The notes beneath the pieces were generated by a model. That model searched no databases and was not told the origin of the DNA. It saw only the letters and a list, made by a program, of their open reading frames with translations. A stretch of 64,000 nt of DNA, from positions 418,054 through 482,053 of the forward strand of contig CAVPSB010000025.1 of assembly GCA_963708025.1 (NCBI GenBank), given 5' to 3'. The translations under genes were made by a program, and so were the position numbers. Positions 9,254 through 20,196 of this stretch are shown piece after piece. The first letter of the stretch is position 1. Each line of letters opens with the position of its first letter. This DNA comes from an uncultured Candidatus Rokubacteria bacterium (GTDB taxonomy: Bacteria; Methylomirabilota; Methylomirabilia; Rokubacteriales; DASRDR01).

Positions 9254-10516
9254 ATGGCGAGTGGCGGCTGGGATTTCGACGTGGCGGTCGTCGGCGGCGG
9301 CCCGGGCGGCTCCAGCACCGCCACCGCGCTGGCGCGGCTCGGCCGGAGGGTCGTCCTGCTGGAGCGGGAGCGATTCCCGCGCTTCCACATCGGCGAATCG
9401 CAGCTGCCGTGGAGCAACGAGGTCTTCCGGGTCCTGGGCGTCCACGAGGCCATCGCCGCTGCGGGCTTCGTCCAGAAGTGGGGCGCCACCTTCCGTGCCT
9501 ACGGCAGCGCGGCCGAACAGTACGCGGACTTCGCCGCCGCCGTGGAGACGCCGGCTCCCCAGACCTACCAGGTCCTCAGGCAGACGTTCGACGAGGTCCT
9601 CCTGCGCCACTCGGCCCGGTGCGGAGCGACGGTGCTCGAGAACCATCGTGTCCTCGACGCCGCCTTCGCCACCGACGGCGTCACCCTCCGCTTCGCCGAC
9701 GCCGGCGGCGTCGAGCGCACGGCACGAGTCGGGGTCGTCGTCGACGCCTCGGGACGGGCCGCCCTCCTGCCGAAGCGGTTCGGCCGTCACGAGGTCGATC
9801 CGCTCCTGCGCAACATCGCCGTCCACGCCCAGTACGAGGGCATCCCGCGCGCAGACGGTCGGCGCGGCGGCGACATCCGGATGTTCACGCGCCCCGACAT
9901 GGGCTGGCTCTGGCTGATCCCGCTCTCCGAGACCGTGATCAGCGTCGGGGCCGTGGTCCCGAAGGCGGTGCACCAGCGCGAGTCGAAGGCCACCGCCGAG
10001 GAGAGCCTCGCGCACTACCTCGCGGACACGCCCGCCGCGGCCCCGCTCCTCGAAAGGGCGCATCGGGTCTCCCCGGCCCGCTTCGACGCCGACTACTCGT
10101 ATCTCGCGACCCGGATGGCGGGCGATCGCTGGGTGGCGGTGGGCGACGCCGCGGCCTTTCTGGATCCCATCTTCTCGACCGGCGTGCTGCTCGCGATGCA
10201 GGGAGGCGTCGAAGCCGCCGAGGCGATCGACGCCGGGCTGCGCAGCGGAGATCTCTCGTCGAAGGCCTTCGTCGGGTACGAGCGCGTCGTCCGCCGGCGC
10301 TATCACCACTTCCGGCGCTTCGCGGTGGGGTTCTACGACCCGGCGTTCCGCGAGCTGTGGTTCATGCGCCCCAGGCGGTTGACTGTCTACCAGGCGATCG
10401 TGTCGGTCCTCGCCGGCAACTGGCGTCCCTCGCTGATGACGCGGCTCAAGGTCGAGGTGTTCTTCGCGGTGGTCGCCTGGCGGCGCCTCCTCCGCCGGGT
10501 CAGGCCATCTGGCTAG
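9254..10516 (+). CDS. Flavin-dependent halogenase-like FAD oxidoreductase
   Basis: GGGPGG, FPRFHIGES, FVQKWGA, GWLWLIP (WxWxIP) and GDAAAFLDPIFSTG motifs. Confidence 0.82.
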   Translation: MASGGWDFDVAVVGGGPGGSSTATALARLGRRVVLLERERFPRFHIGESQLPWSNEVFRVLGVHEAIAAAGFVQKWGATFRAYGSAAEQYADFAAAVETPAPQTYQVLRQTFDEVLLRHSARCGATVLENHRVLDAAFATDGVTLRFADAGGVERTARVGVVVDASGRAALLPKRFGRHEVDPLLRNIAVHAQYEGIPRADGRRGGDIRMFTRPDMGWLWLIPLSETVISVGAVVPKAVHQRESKATAEESLAHYLADTPAAAPLLERAHRVSPARFDADYSYLATRMAGDRWVAVGDAAAFLDPIFSTGVLLAMQGGVEAAEAIDAGLRSGDLSSKAFVGYERVVRRRYHHFRRFAVGFYDPAFRELWFMRPRRLTVYQAIVSVLAGNWRPSLMTRLKVEVFFAVVAWRRLLRRVRPSG

Positions 10517-10667
10517 ACACGGATGCTCCGCGCTGGGAGCGGGCCCCGGCGCCACCCGCGCCTCGCTCTGTGACCACATTCCGAATCATTCGGGCTGGCT
10601 CGCCGACGACGTGGAACAGGGCCGTCGAGCGACTCGTCGGTGACGGAGCGCTCGATCGGCTGGCGGA

Positions 10668-11669
10668 TCAAGCCGCGACCTTGGTGGCGGCCCGCCTCGG
10701 CGTGGGGATCTGGGAGGGGAGCGCCTGCCGGAGCGGGCGGATGTACTCGACCCCGATGCCGCAGCAGCCGCCGATGATCTGGACGCCCTGGCCGACCCAC
10801 TTCCGCGCCAGGTCCAGGAACCCCTCGACGGTCACGTTGTTCTGGACCTCCGGGTTGCGGTAGGTGTCGACGTAGTCCGTGCGCGCCGCCTCCGGGTAGA
10901 TCCCGAGCGGTCCCGACCACTTCTCCATGACGATCGGGAGCGCCGACGCGGTGTCGTCCACGTTGCTGTGGAACACGCTGACGACGGAGCCGCCCAGCGG
11001 GAGCACCTCGTCGAGACCCTGCGTGAGCGGGGTCTCCGACGAGTAGCCCAGCCGGACCGTCGGGTCGTCCTTGTCGGTGTGGACCTTGAAGCCCACCCAC
11101 TTGGGCATCCCCTGGATCGAGCACGCCTGGGAGACCCACTTGCGGTGCTGGAGGCTGCCGGTCGACTCGCACAGGAGGAAGTCCACGCCGGCGTCGGCGA
11201 GGATCTCGGCCTGCTCGCGGAGGTTGGCCTGCGTCTGCTCCGCGGTGATGGCGCTCCGGTTGAGCAGGGAGCGGTAGCGGCGGGTCTCGCCGCCCGTCAC
11301 CAGGCCGAAGTTCGAGACCGACCCCGCGATGTAGACGGGACGGTCCTTGGCCGCGCGGTCCCGTGCCTCGCGGGCCAGCGCCACCGCGCGGATGTTCAGC
11401 TCGGCGGTGAGATCGCCGAGGCCCAGCGGCTCGAGGTTGTGCCGGGCCGAGGCGTACGTGTTGGTCGTGACGATGTCGACGCCGGCCTTGATGTAGGCCT
11501 CGTGCATGTGCCGGACCGTGTACGGGTGCGTCTGGAGCGCGGCGGCCGCCCACGCGTAGTTGTTCATGGGCACCCCCATCGACTGGAGCTGGGTGCCGAC
11601 CGCACCGTCCAGGATGATGACGTGGCCCCGGTCGATCCGGTCCTGCAAGTTCTGAAAGCTGCCGCCCAT
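10668..11669 (-). CDS. Homocysteine S-methyltransferase family protein
   Basis: ILDGAVGTQL, HEAYIKAGVDIVTTNTY and IIGGCCG motifs. Confidence 0.9.
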   Translation of the reverse strand: MGGSFQNLQDRIDRGHVIILDGAVGTQLQSMGVPMNNYAWAAAALQTHPYTVRHMHEAYIKAGVDIVTTNTYASARHNLEPLGLGDLTAELNIRAVALAREARDRAAKDRPVYIAGSVSNFGLVTGGETRRYRSLLNRSAITAEQTQANLREQAEILADAGVDFLLCESTGSLQHRKWVSQACSIQGMPKWVGFKVHTDKDDPTVRLGYSSETPLTQGLDEVLPLGGSVVSVFHSNVDDTASALPIVMEKWSGPLGIYPEAARTDYVDTYRNPEVQNNVTVEGFLDLARKWVGQGVQIIGGCCGIGVEYIRPLRQALPSQIPTPRRAATKVAA

Positions 11670-12078
11670 GCCGTCCCCCTGATGGTTGGTGACGTCCGTA
11701 TACCTGGCTGGCCGTCCGGAGTCCAGCGCGTATCAGAACTCGCCCGGCGATTCGTGTCAAGCGGGCTCGGCGCCGTCATGGGAACCCCTCGGCTCAGCCC
11801 AAGCCCTTGACACGCGGTACGCCCGTATGCTTACGATGCCTCGACCCGAGAGGCGCGAACAGCGCACTCCTCAGGGGGCCGGTCTCGGGCGAGTGCAAGG
11901 CGGCACCCGACGAGGGATTCCCCTGGAGCCTTCGCCCTGGAGCTCCCGATGCCGAGACCACGGGGGAGGCTCGAGGTCGGCGTGATTCCATCCATCGGAC
12001 GACTCACTGGGGAGTCGACGGCCAGAACGGCATGCCAACAGCCCGAGATCGAACGCACACGGCAAAGGAGGGCGCCAC

Positions 12079-13788
12079 ATGGGTCTCAGGAAGACGTCAC
12101 CGCTGAACATCATGCCAAGGAAGCGGGACTACCCTCACCCGTACATCCCCGAGCTCGTCGAGGATCTCCGCCAGAACCGCGTCAGCCGGCGCGAGTTCCT
12201 TCGCACCTCGACCCTCCTCGGCCTGTCGGCGACCACCGCCTACGCGATCGCCGGCCGGATCACCGGCCAGCCGCTGACGCCGGCGGCCCACGCGCAAGCC
12301 GGGAAGGGCGGCGTGCTCAAGATCGGAATGCGGGTGCAGGAGATGACCGATCCCGCGACCTTCGACTGGATGCACGAAGTCCAACATCGCCCGCCAGATG
12401 GTCGAGTACCTGGTCATCACCGGCCCGGACAACGTGACGCGGCCGTACCTGGCCGAGAAGTGGCAGGCGTCCCCCGATCTGAAGACCTGGACGCTCTACC
12501 TGCGCAAGGGCATCACGTGGTCGAACGGCGACCCGTTCAACGCCGACGACGTGGTGTTCAACTTCAAGCGCTGGCTCGATCCGAAGACCGGCTCGTCGAA
12601 CCTCGGGCTTGTTCGCCGCGATGACCGACGAGATCACGGGCGCGGACGGCAAGAAGACGAAGAAGATGACCGAGGGGGCGGTGGAGAAGGTCGACGCCCA
12701 CACCGTGCGCCTCCACCTGAACCGGCCCGAGCTCGCCGTCCCGGAGAACTGCTACAACTACCCCACCGCCATCGTCCACCGGAGCTTCGAGGACTGGGGC
12801 AAGGACCTCAGCAAGAAGCCGGTGGGCACCGGACCCTACGAGCTCGTCGAGTTCAAGGTCGGCGAGCGCGCGGTGCTCAAGAAGCGCAAGGCGCCCGTAC
12901 TGGGGCGGCGACGTGAGCCTCGACGAGATCCACGTCATCGACCTGGGCGACGACCGGAACGCCCTCGTCGGCGCGCTCGCCTCCGGGCAGATCAACTACA
13001 CCTGGGAGCTGGGCATCGCTCAGCTCGACGTGGTGAAGTCCCTGCCGGGTGCGCAGCTGTTCGAGGCGGTCACCGCGCAGACCGCCGTCGCCCGCATGCA
13101 GGTGACGCAGAAGCCGTTCGACAACAAGAAGCTGCGCCAGGCGCTGCAGGCCTGCATCAATCAGCAGACCAGGTGCTGGAGCTCGCGTACCGCGGCAAGG
13201 GCGTGGCCGGCGAGGACCACCACGTCGCGCCCATTCACCCCGAGTACTTCAAGCTGCCGGCGACGAAGCCCGACATCGACAAGGCGAAGGCGCTGTTGAA
13301 GGAGGCGGGGCACTCGAGCGGCATCCAGCTCGCATCGACTGCAACAACGACGACGAAGTGGGAGATCGACGCGGTGCAGGCGATGGTGGAGATGTGGAAG
13401 CCGGCCGGGATCAACGTGAAGATCAACGTCATGCCCGGTACCCAGTACTGGGAGAACTGGACGAAGACGCCGTTCGGCATGACCGGCTGGACGCACCGCC
13501 CGCTCGGGGTGATGGTGCTCAATCTCGGCTACCGCACCGGCGTGCCGTGGAACGAGACCAAGTACAGCAATCCCGAGTTCGACAAGGCGCTCGACGATGC
13601 GTCCGGCACGCTCGACGTGAGCGAGCGGCGCAAGAAGATGGAGAAGGTGGAGAAGATCCTGCAGGACGACGCGATCGTCATGCAGCCGCTGTGGCGCTCG
13701 GTGTTCACCGCCGGCAGCACGAAGGTGCACAACATGAAGCGGCACCCCGACCACCTACTATCAGTTCAACCAGGTCTGGGTCGGGTAG
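12079..13788 (+). CDS. ABC transporter substrate-binding protein, family 5, Tat signal (several frameshifts)
   Basis: SRREFLR Tat motif; SBP segments spread over frames 12079, 12398, 12609 and 12913; ends NQVWVG-TAG 13788. Confidence 0.85.
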
Positions 13789-13987
13789 CCGATCCCTCCG
13801 GGGGAGGGGGCGCCATGCCCCCTCCACCATCACCCCGCGCGGAGATGCGGATCCGGTAACGCGGAGGCCCGCTGGCCGCGGAGCTGGAGCGCCCGACACC
13901 GTGCGGCGGTGCACTCCCTGGTGTCCGGAGGGCCGGCAGACGAAGAGCCCGGCGCCGGCCGGCCTCCCCTGAGGAGGAGCGCGTGCG

Positions 13988-14920
13988 ATGCTGATCCTCA
14001 TCGGCAAGCGCCTCGGCTTCATGGCGCTCACCATGGTCGTGGTCTCGATGCTGGTGTTCCTGCTGCTCGAGATCAACGTCGCGGGGGTCGCGACCAAGGT
14101 CCTCGGCCCGTACTCGAGCCAGGATCAGCGCGAGATCTGGCTCAAGCAGAACGGATACTTCGATCCCCTCTATCAGCGATACCTTCGCTGGCTCGGGAAC
14201 TTCGTCGTCGGGGACTTCGGGCAGTCCGTGCGCTTCAAGGCGCCGGTGGCCGACATCCTGGGGCCGCGATTGCGGAACACGGCGATCCTCGGCCTCGGGG
14301 TGTTCGTCGTGCTCATTCCGCTTTCCCTCACCCTGGGGATCCTCGCCGGCATGCGGGAAGGGTCGAAGCTCGACCGGGTGATCTCGGTCTCCAGCATCAT
14401 CACGACCTCGGTCCCGGAGTTCGCGAGCTCGGTGTTCCTCGCCGCGATCTTCGTCTTCGGGCTCAGATGGCTGCCCGGCACGAGCACCATGACCGACGGG
14501 TTCAACCTCAGGGAGCTGCTCCTCCCGATCCTGGTGCTCGTGCTGTACGACTTCGGCTACGTGGCGCGCATGACGCGGGCCTCGATGGCCGAGGTCATGA
14601 CCACGCACTACATCCGCACCGCGGTGCTCAAGGGGCTGCCCTACACGCAGGTGATCCTGAAGCACGCGCTGCGCAACGCCCTCATCGCGCCCTTCACGGT
14701 GATCATGCTGCAGGTGAGCTGGCTCCTCTCCGGCGTCATCGTCGTCGAGTCCTTCTTCGCCTACCGGGGGTTCGGGGCGCTCCTCCTCGAGGCCTCCCTC
14801 AACCAGGACATCTTCATGATCGAGGCGTGCGCGATGACCGCGGTGTTCGTCGCGGTCAGCACCCAGACGCTGGCCGACATCGGCTACACCTACCTCAATC
14901 CGCGCATCCGGTTCAGATAG
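13988..14920 (+). CDS. Peptide ABC transporter permease (DppB-like)
   Basis: EAA-loop YIRTAVLKGL...KHALRNALI; C-terminal LNPRIR. Confidence 0.93.
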   Translation: MLILIGKRLGFMALTMVVVSMLVFLLLEINVAGVATKVLGPYSSQDQREIWLKQNGYFDPLYQRYLRWLGNFVVGDFGQSVRFKAPVADILGPRLRNTAILGLGVFVVLIPLSLTLGILAGMREGSKLDRVISVSSIITTSVPEFASSVFLAAIFVFGLRWLPGTSTMTDGFNLRELLLPILVLVLYDFGYVARMTRASMAEVMTTHYIRTAVLKGLPYTQVILKHALRNALIAPFTVIMLQVSWLLSGVIVVESFFAYRGFGALLLEASLNQDIFMIEACAMTAVFVAVSTQTLADIGYTYLNPRIRFR

Positions 14921-14937
14921 CCGGAGAGAGGTTCGTC

Positions 14938-15847
14938 ATGGCACACGCGACCACGCTGACGGTGCCGGCGCCCGCGGCCGGGGCAGCCCTCGCGCGCGCG
15001 CTCAGGTCCTTCGGCCTCCTGCGCGAGAGCTGGGTCGGCATGCTCGGCGCGGGCCTCGTCCTGTTCTGGGTGGCCGTCGCCCTGTTCGCCCCGCTGATCG
15101 CGCCGTTCGGGCCGAACGCGACGCTCGTGCCGTTTCAGAAGCCGGGGGCGGCGTTCGCCGGGAACAGCAGCGTCCCGCCCGGCACGTTCTGGCTCGGCAC
15201 CGACCATCTCGGCCGCGACATCCTCTCGCGGATCATCTGGGGGTCGCGCACCGTGCTGACCTACGCGCCACTCGCGACGGTGTGCGCGTACACGGTGGGC
15301 AGCCTGATGGGCCTGGCGGCGGGCTACAAGCGCGGATGGGTGGACGACGTGCTGTCGCGCATCGCCGACGTCATCCTGTCGTTCCCGGTCCTCGTCCTCT
15401 ACGTCATCATCATCGCCACGTTCGGGGCGTCGCCCATCAACATCATCTTCGCCATCACCTTCGCGAGCGGGCCGGGCATCATGCGCATCGTGCGCGGCCT
15501 CACCCTCGATCTCCGCGAGCCGCGAATACGTGGCCGCGGCCGAGACGCGCGGCGACAGCCCGTGGCGGATCATGCTCGTCGAGATCCTGCCGAACGCCCG
15601 CGGGCCCCTGATCGTCGACGCCTGCCTGCGGCTCGGCTACGTCACGATCACCATCGGCGTCCTCGGCTTCCTCGGGCTGGGCCTCCCGCCCCCCAATCCC
15701 GATTGGGGCGGGATGATCAACGAAGCCCGCTCGATGGCGATCGCGTTCCCGCACATGACGCTCTTCCCGTGCGTCGCCATCTCGTCGCTGATCCTCGGCT
15801 TCAACCTGCTGGCCGACGGGTTGCGCGAGATCTCGCTGCGGGATTGA
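14938..15847 (+). CDS. Peptide ABC transporter permease (DppC-like), frameshift near 15520
   Basis: LGTDHLGRDILSR in the first part; EILPN and FLGLGLPPPNPDWG in the second frame. Confidence 0.88.
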
Positions 15848-15878
15848 CCGCGACGCGCTGAACATCGGAGCCACGACG

Positions 15879-18007
15879 ATGCCCCTTCGCTTCGACGAGA
15901 ACGCACCGGTCCTCGAGATCACGGACCTGAGCGTCTCGTATTCGACCCGGGCCGGGGAGATCCCGGCCGTGATCGACTTCTCCCTCACCGTCAAGAAGGG
16001 GGAGAGCGTCGGACTCGTCGGCGAGTCCGGGTGCGGGAAGTCCACCGTCGCCCTGGCCATCATGCAGCACATGGGCCGTAACGGCGCCATCAAGAGCGGC
16101 AGCATCAGGTTCAAGGGCGTGGAGCTCACCACGCTCCGTCGGGAGGAGCTGCGCCAGTTGCGGGGCTCGAAAATATCGATGATCTACCAGGAGCCGTTCG
16201 CGGCCCTGAATCCGAGCCTCACCCTCGGCCGGCAGCTGATGGAGGTGCCGATCGTCCACGAGGGCATCGGCGAGCAGGAGGCGCGCGAGCGCGCGATTCG
16301 CGTGCTCGGCGACGTGCGGCTCCCGGACCCCGAGCGGGTCATGACCGCGTACCCCCACCAGATCTCGGGGGGCCAGCAGCAACGCGTGGTGATCGCCATG
16401 GCGCTGCTCTCGAACCCCGCCCTCCTGCTGCTCGACGAGCCGACCACCGCCCTCGACGTCACGGTGGAGGCCGGCATCACCAAGCTCATCGGGGACATCA
16501 GCAAGCAGTACGGCACGTCGCAGATCTACATCTCCCACAACCTCGGGCTGATCCGCGAGGTCTGCGACCGCGTGTTCGTGATGTACTCGGGCGAGGTCGT
16601 CGAGGAAGGCACGATCCACTCGCTGTTCACGCGGCCGAAGCACCCCTACACCCACGGTCTGTTCGGCTGCATCCCGCTGCCCAGCGCCGACAAGAACGCG
16701 GCTCCCCTCAAGCCGATCCGGGGCCAGCTTCCGCTGCCGCACGAGCGTCCGCAGGGCTGCAACTTCGGTCCGCGGTGCGACTTCTTCCAGGCGGGGCGGT
16801 GCGACGCGACGGACATCCCGATGACCGCGATCACCGGGGACGGCGCCACCTCGGAGCACCGCGCGCGCTGCATCCGCTGGAGCGAGATCGACTTCGGCGC
16901 CGACGGTCGCCCGCGGCCAGGCGAAGGACCCGATGGAGATCGGCGACACGGTGCTCGAGGTCGAGCGGATGCAGAAGTACTACGAGGTGATGGACCGCTC
17001 CCTGGCGGCGATCATCTCGCGGGAAGCGCGTGCGGTACGTGAAGGCGAACGAGTCGCTCGACTTCGACGCGAGACGCGGCGAGACGGTCGCCATCGTCGG
17101 CGAGTCGGGCTGCGGGAAGTCGACGTTCGCCAAGGTGTTGATCGGGCTCGAGACCGCCACCGGCGGTGAGGTCCGCCACGACGGGCAGAACATCGCGCAG
17201 ATCCCGGTCCGCGGTCGCTCGTCGAAGCAGATCGGCTCGTTGCAGATGGTGTTCCAGAACCCGTTCGACACCCTGAACCCCAGTCACAGCATCGGCTCGC
17301 AGATCGCCCGCGTCATCAAGAAGTTCGGCGTCGAGACGGACAAGGCGAAGATCCGGGAACGGGTGTTCGCGCTCCTCGACACCGTCAAGCTGCCGAGGGA
17401 CTTCTACTACCGGCGCCCGCGTCAGCTCTCCGGCGGTCAGAAGCAGCGCGTCGGGATCGCCCGCGCCTTCGCGGGCAATCCGTCGATGGTCATCGCGGAC
17501 GAGCCGGTGTCGTCGCTCGACGTCTCGGTCGCGGCCGCGGTCACCGAGCTCCTGATGGACATCCAGCGAAAGCACAAGACCACACTGCTCTTCATCAGCC
17601 ACGACCTGAGCGTCGTGCGCTACCTCGCGGACCGCATCGTGGTGATGTACCTCGGCCAGATCATGGAGCGCGGCACCACCGAGCAGGTCTTCGACCCGCC
17701 CTACCACCCCTACACGGAGGCCCTGCTCTCGGCGGTCCCGATCGCGGACCCTCAGGTCACCAAGCGGGAGATCGTGCTCGAGGGCAACTTGCCGAGCGTG
17801 CTGAACCCGCCGAAAGGCTGTCCGTTCACCACGCGATGCCCGCGCAAGGTCGGCAGGATCTGCGACGACGAGCGCCCACCGGTGCAGATGACGGCCGAGG
17901 GACATGCCATCGCCTGTCACATCCCGCTCGCGGAGCTGCGCCGGGTCGAGCCGGTGATCACCGTACCGCGGGAGGAAGGGCCGCTCCAGGTCCAGCAGCA
18001 CGCGTGA
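15879..18007 (+). CDS. Fused two-domain peptide ABC ATPase (DppD+DppF), frameshifts near 16905 and 17030
   Basis: Two GESGCGKS Walker A motifs, ISGGQ and LSGGQ signatures, Cys-rich C-terminal motifs; linker in ORF 16933-17169. Confidence 0.85.
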
Positions 18008-18106
18008 GCGCTCGTCGAGCGAGTCCCGCGACTACCGCTCGAGGGCGTTCCCCACGCGCTCGCGAGCGAGACGAACGGCATCGCGTCAGCCTGCGGAGGT
18101 GGAGAC

Positions 18107-18550
18107 GTGTACAAGCGAATCCTCGTCGGCCTCGACGGATCGAGTCACGGGCTGCGGACCGCGGAGACGGCGGCCGGGCTCGCCGCCCGGTTCGGCGCCG
18201 AGCTCCACCTCCTGACCGTCACCCGGCCCTACGAGGTCTCGCTCGAGGTGCAGGAGTATCTCGAGGCGGAGAATCTGCTCGGCGAGCCGAGTTACGTGCT
18301 CGACGAGAAGACCCAGACGATCGTGGACAAGGCCAAGGCGATCGCCGAGCAGAACAAGGTCCGGAAGGTCCAGACCGTGGTCCGCGAGGGCAAGCCCGCG
18401 GCGATCCTCGTCGACTACGCGAAGAGCCACAAGATGGACCTCCTCGTGGTCGGGTCGCGGGGCGCGGGCGAGCTCGAGGCGGCGCTCCTCGGCAGCGTGT
18501 CGCAGAAGGTGAGCCAGCTCGCGGGCTGCAGCGTCCTCATCGTGAGGTAG
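18107..18550 (+). CDS. Universal stress protein (UspA family)
   Basis: KRILVGLDGS and DLLVVGSRG...LLGSVS motifs; GGAGG RBS. Confidence 0.93.
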   Translation: MYKRILVGLDGSSHGLRTAETAAGLAARFGAELHLLTVTRPYEVSLEVQEYLEAENLLGEPSYVLDEKTQTIVDKAKAIAEQNKVRKVQTVVREGKPAAILVDYAKSHKMDLLVVGSRGAGELEAALLGSVSQKVSQLAGCSVLIVR

Positions 18551-18559
18551 CAATCCGGG

Positions 18560-18630
18560 GAGGGGCGCACCGAAGAGGTCTCCGCGCTCCCCTATCAGCC
18601 ATGCACGGAGGCGCTGCTCTCCGCGGGTGC
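18560..18630 (+). pseudogene. Degenerate fragment of an oligopeptide ABC ATPase C-terminus
   Basis: Translates to GRTEEVSALPYQPCTEALLSA, versus GTTEQVFDPPYHPYTEALLSA at about 17672-17734 (14/21 identical). Confidence 0.55.
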
Positions 18631-18671
18631 CCGGGGTGCCCGAGCCTAGGGCATCCCGAGGCGGAAGCCAG

Positions 18672-19916
18672 TCAGCTCAGGAGCTTGGCGTCGTACGGAT
18701 AGGTGCAGAGGAGCTGGGCGCCGTCCCGGGTCACCAGGATCTGATCCTCCAGCTTGACGCCGAAGGGGGCGCCCACCTTCCCGGCGTAGCACTCGAGGCA
18801 GAGGATCATGTTCTCCTTGATCTCGCGCTCGGGCATGATCCGCCGGGGGCCCCGGTCGTCGTCCGGGTAGGGGATGCCGGGCCCCTCGTCCTCCAGCCCG
18901 GCCTGGTGGACCATGGCGCCGTAGCGCTGGGCCTTGTAGGCCTCGGGGAGCTGGGGCGCCTTGTGGGCGAACTCCGCGAAGGTCAGGCCGGGCCGGACCA
19001 GGTCGAACATCCCGACGACGCAGTCGTAGGCCACGCGGTAGGCCTCCCGCTGCTCGGGCGATGACGTGTCGCCGCAGAGGAACGTGCGCGAGACGTCGAT
19101 GACGTAGCCCTCGTAGCCGTTGGCGTCGGTGTCGACGCCGACCAGGTCGCCGGGCATGACGATCTTGTCGTGGGCCTCGCTCATCCAGGGGTTCGTGTTG
19201 GTGCCGGAGGCGACCAGCCGGGTGAAGAGGAACTCGCCGTGGCGCCGGAGCAGGGCATGCCCCAGCTCCGCCAACAGCTCGTACTCCCGGATGCCCGGGC
19301 GGATGGCGGCCTCGAAGTCGGCGAGGATGGCGTCGCCGATGCCGCCGTTGATGATCATGAGCTGGACTTCCTCGAGGGTCTTCACCTCGCGCGCGTCCAC
19401 CGTGGCCGGGCCGGAGTCGGTCAGGGCGATGCCCTCCGCCTGGAGCGCGAGGAAGCCGAAGCCGTCGAGCTTGTCGACGGCCAGGCGCTCCCGCTCGAGG
19501 CCGAGCTCCTTCAGGACCGAGCGGATCGACTGCGCCCACTCGCGGGCCTTGTTGGCGGACTGCACGCCGCCGAACTGCCAGCCGAAGGCCGGCCGCACGT
19601 CGCGGACCAGCTTCTGGGAGACGTGGATGGAGCCCTTGTACTCGAAGAGGACGGGCGCGCCGTCGGCCGGCACCACGCAGTAGCGGGCGAAGGTGCCCGC
19701 CGTCCACACGCCCATGATGTCGGTGCCGGTGGCGTACCGGATGCTGGCCGGGTTGAAGAAGAGGCAGACCGGCAGGTCGTGACGCTTCATCATCGCCTGG
19801 AGCCGGGCCAGGCGACCGGCGCGCAGCTTCTCGAAGTTGACCTCGCTGAGGTTGGGCACCCGGAGCTGGTGGATGCGCGGGCGCATGGCCAGCAGTCGGC
19901 CCTGGTCGGTGATCAC
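18672..19916 (-). CDS. M24 metallopeptidase-fold protein, DddP (DMSP lyase)-like subfamily
   Basis: IRYATG, TRLVASGTNTNPW, DTD, DVSRT, HQAGLEDE, CLECY and GVKLEDQ motifs. Confidence 0.8.
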   Translation of the reverse strand: MITDQGRLLAMRPRIHQLRVPNLSEVNFEKLRAGRLARLQAMMKRHDLPVCLFFNPASIRYATGTDIMGVWTAGTFARYCVVPADGAPVLFEYKGSIHVSQKLVRDVRPAFGWQFGGVQSANKAREWAQSIRSVLKELGLERERLAVDKLDGFGFLALQAEGIALTDSGPATVDAREVKTLEEVQLMIINGGIGDAILADFEAAIRPGIREYELLAELGHALLRRHGEFLFTRLVASGTNTNPWMSEAHDKIVMPGDLVGVDTDANGYEGYVIDVSRTFLCGDTSSPEQREAYRVAYDCVVGMFDLVRPGLTFAEFAHKAPQLPEAYKAQRYGAMVHQAGLEDEGPGIPYPDDDRGPRRIMPEREIKENMILCLECYAGKVGAPFGVKLEDQILVTRDGAQLLCTYPYDAKLLS

Positions 19917-20196
19917 GGACGCGGACCTCCTTCCGCTCGGCGCGTCGCGTCGCGCGCGGCCGGGCCTACGAGGACACCGTGACGACGTGCAGGGCGCGTG
20001 AGGGGAGTGGGCTCCGAGCTCGGCCCGCCTGCGCGGTGACGCCAGAGTAGATCAGGCCGTTCCACGACGCAAGCCGGGGGCAACCGGACGGGCGACCGCC
20101 GGCCTGCCCGCTGGAATGCCGCCTCCAGGGTCGGATATGCTGGGGCCCGGCCGCCGGTCCGTGGGCCACCGTCCGGTCTGCTGGGAGGAGCGAGAG

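Noticed and set aside
18004-18106. Bridging ORF between the ATPase and usp
   Set aside because: The GTGA-overlapping frame does not stop near the usp start, and usp has its own RBS
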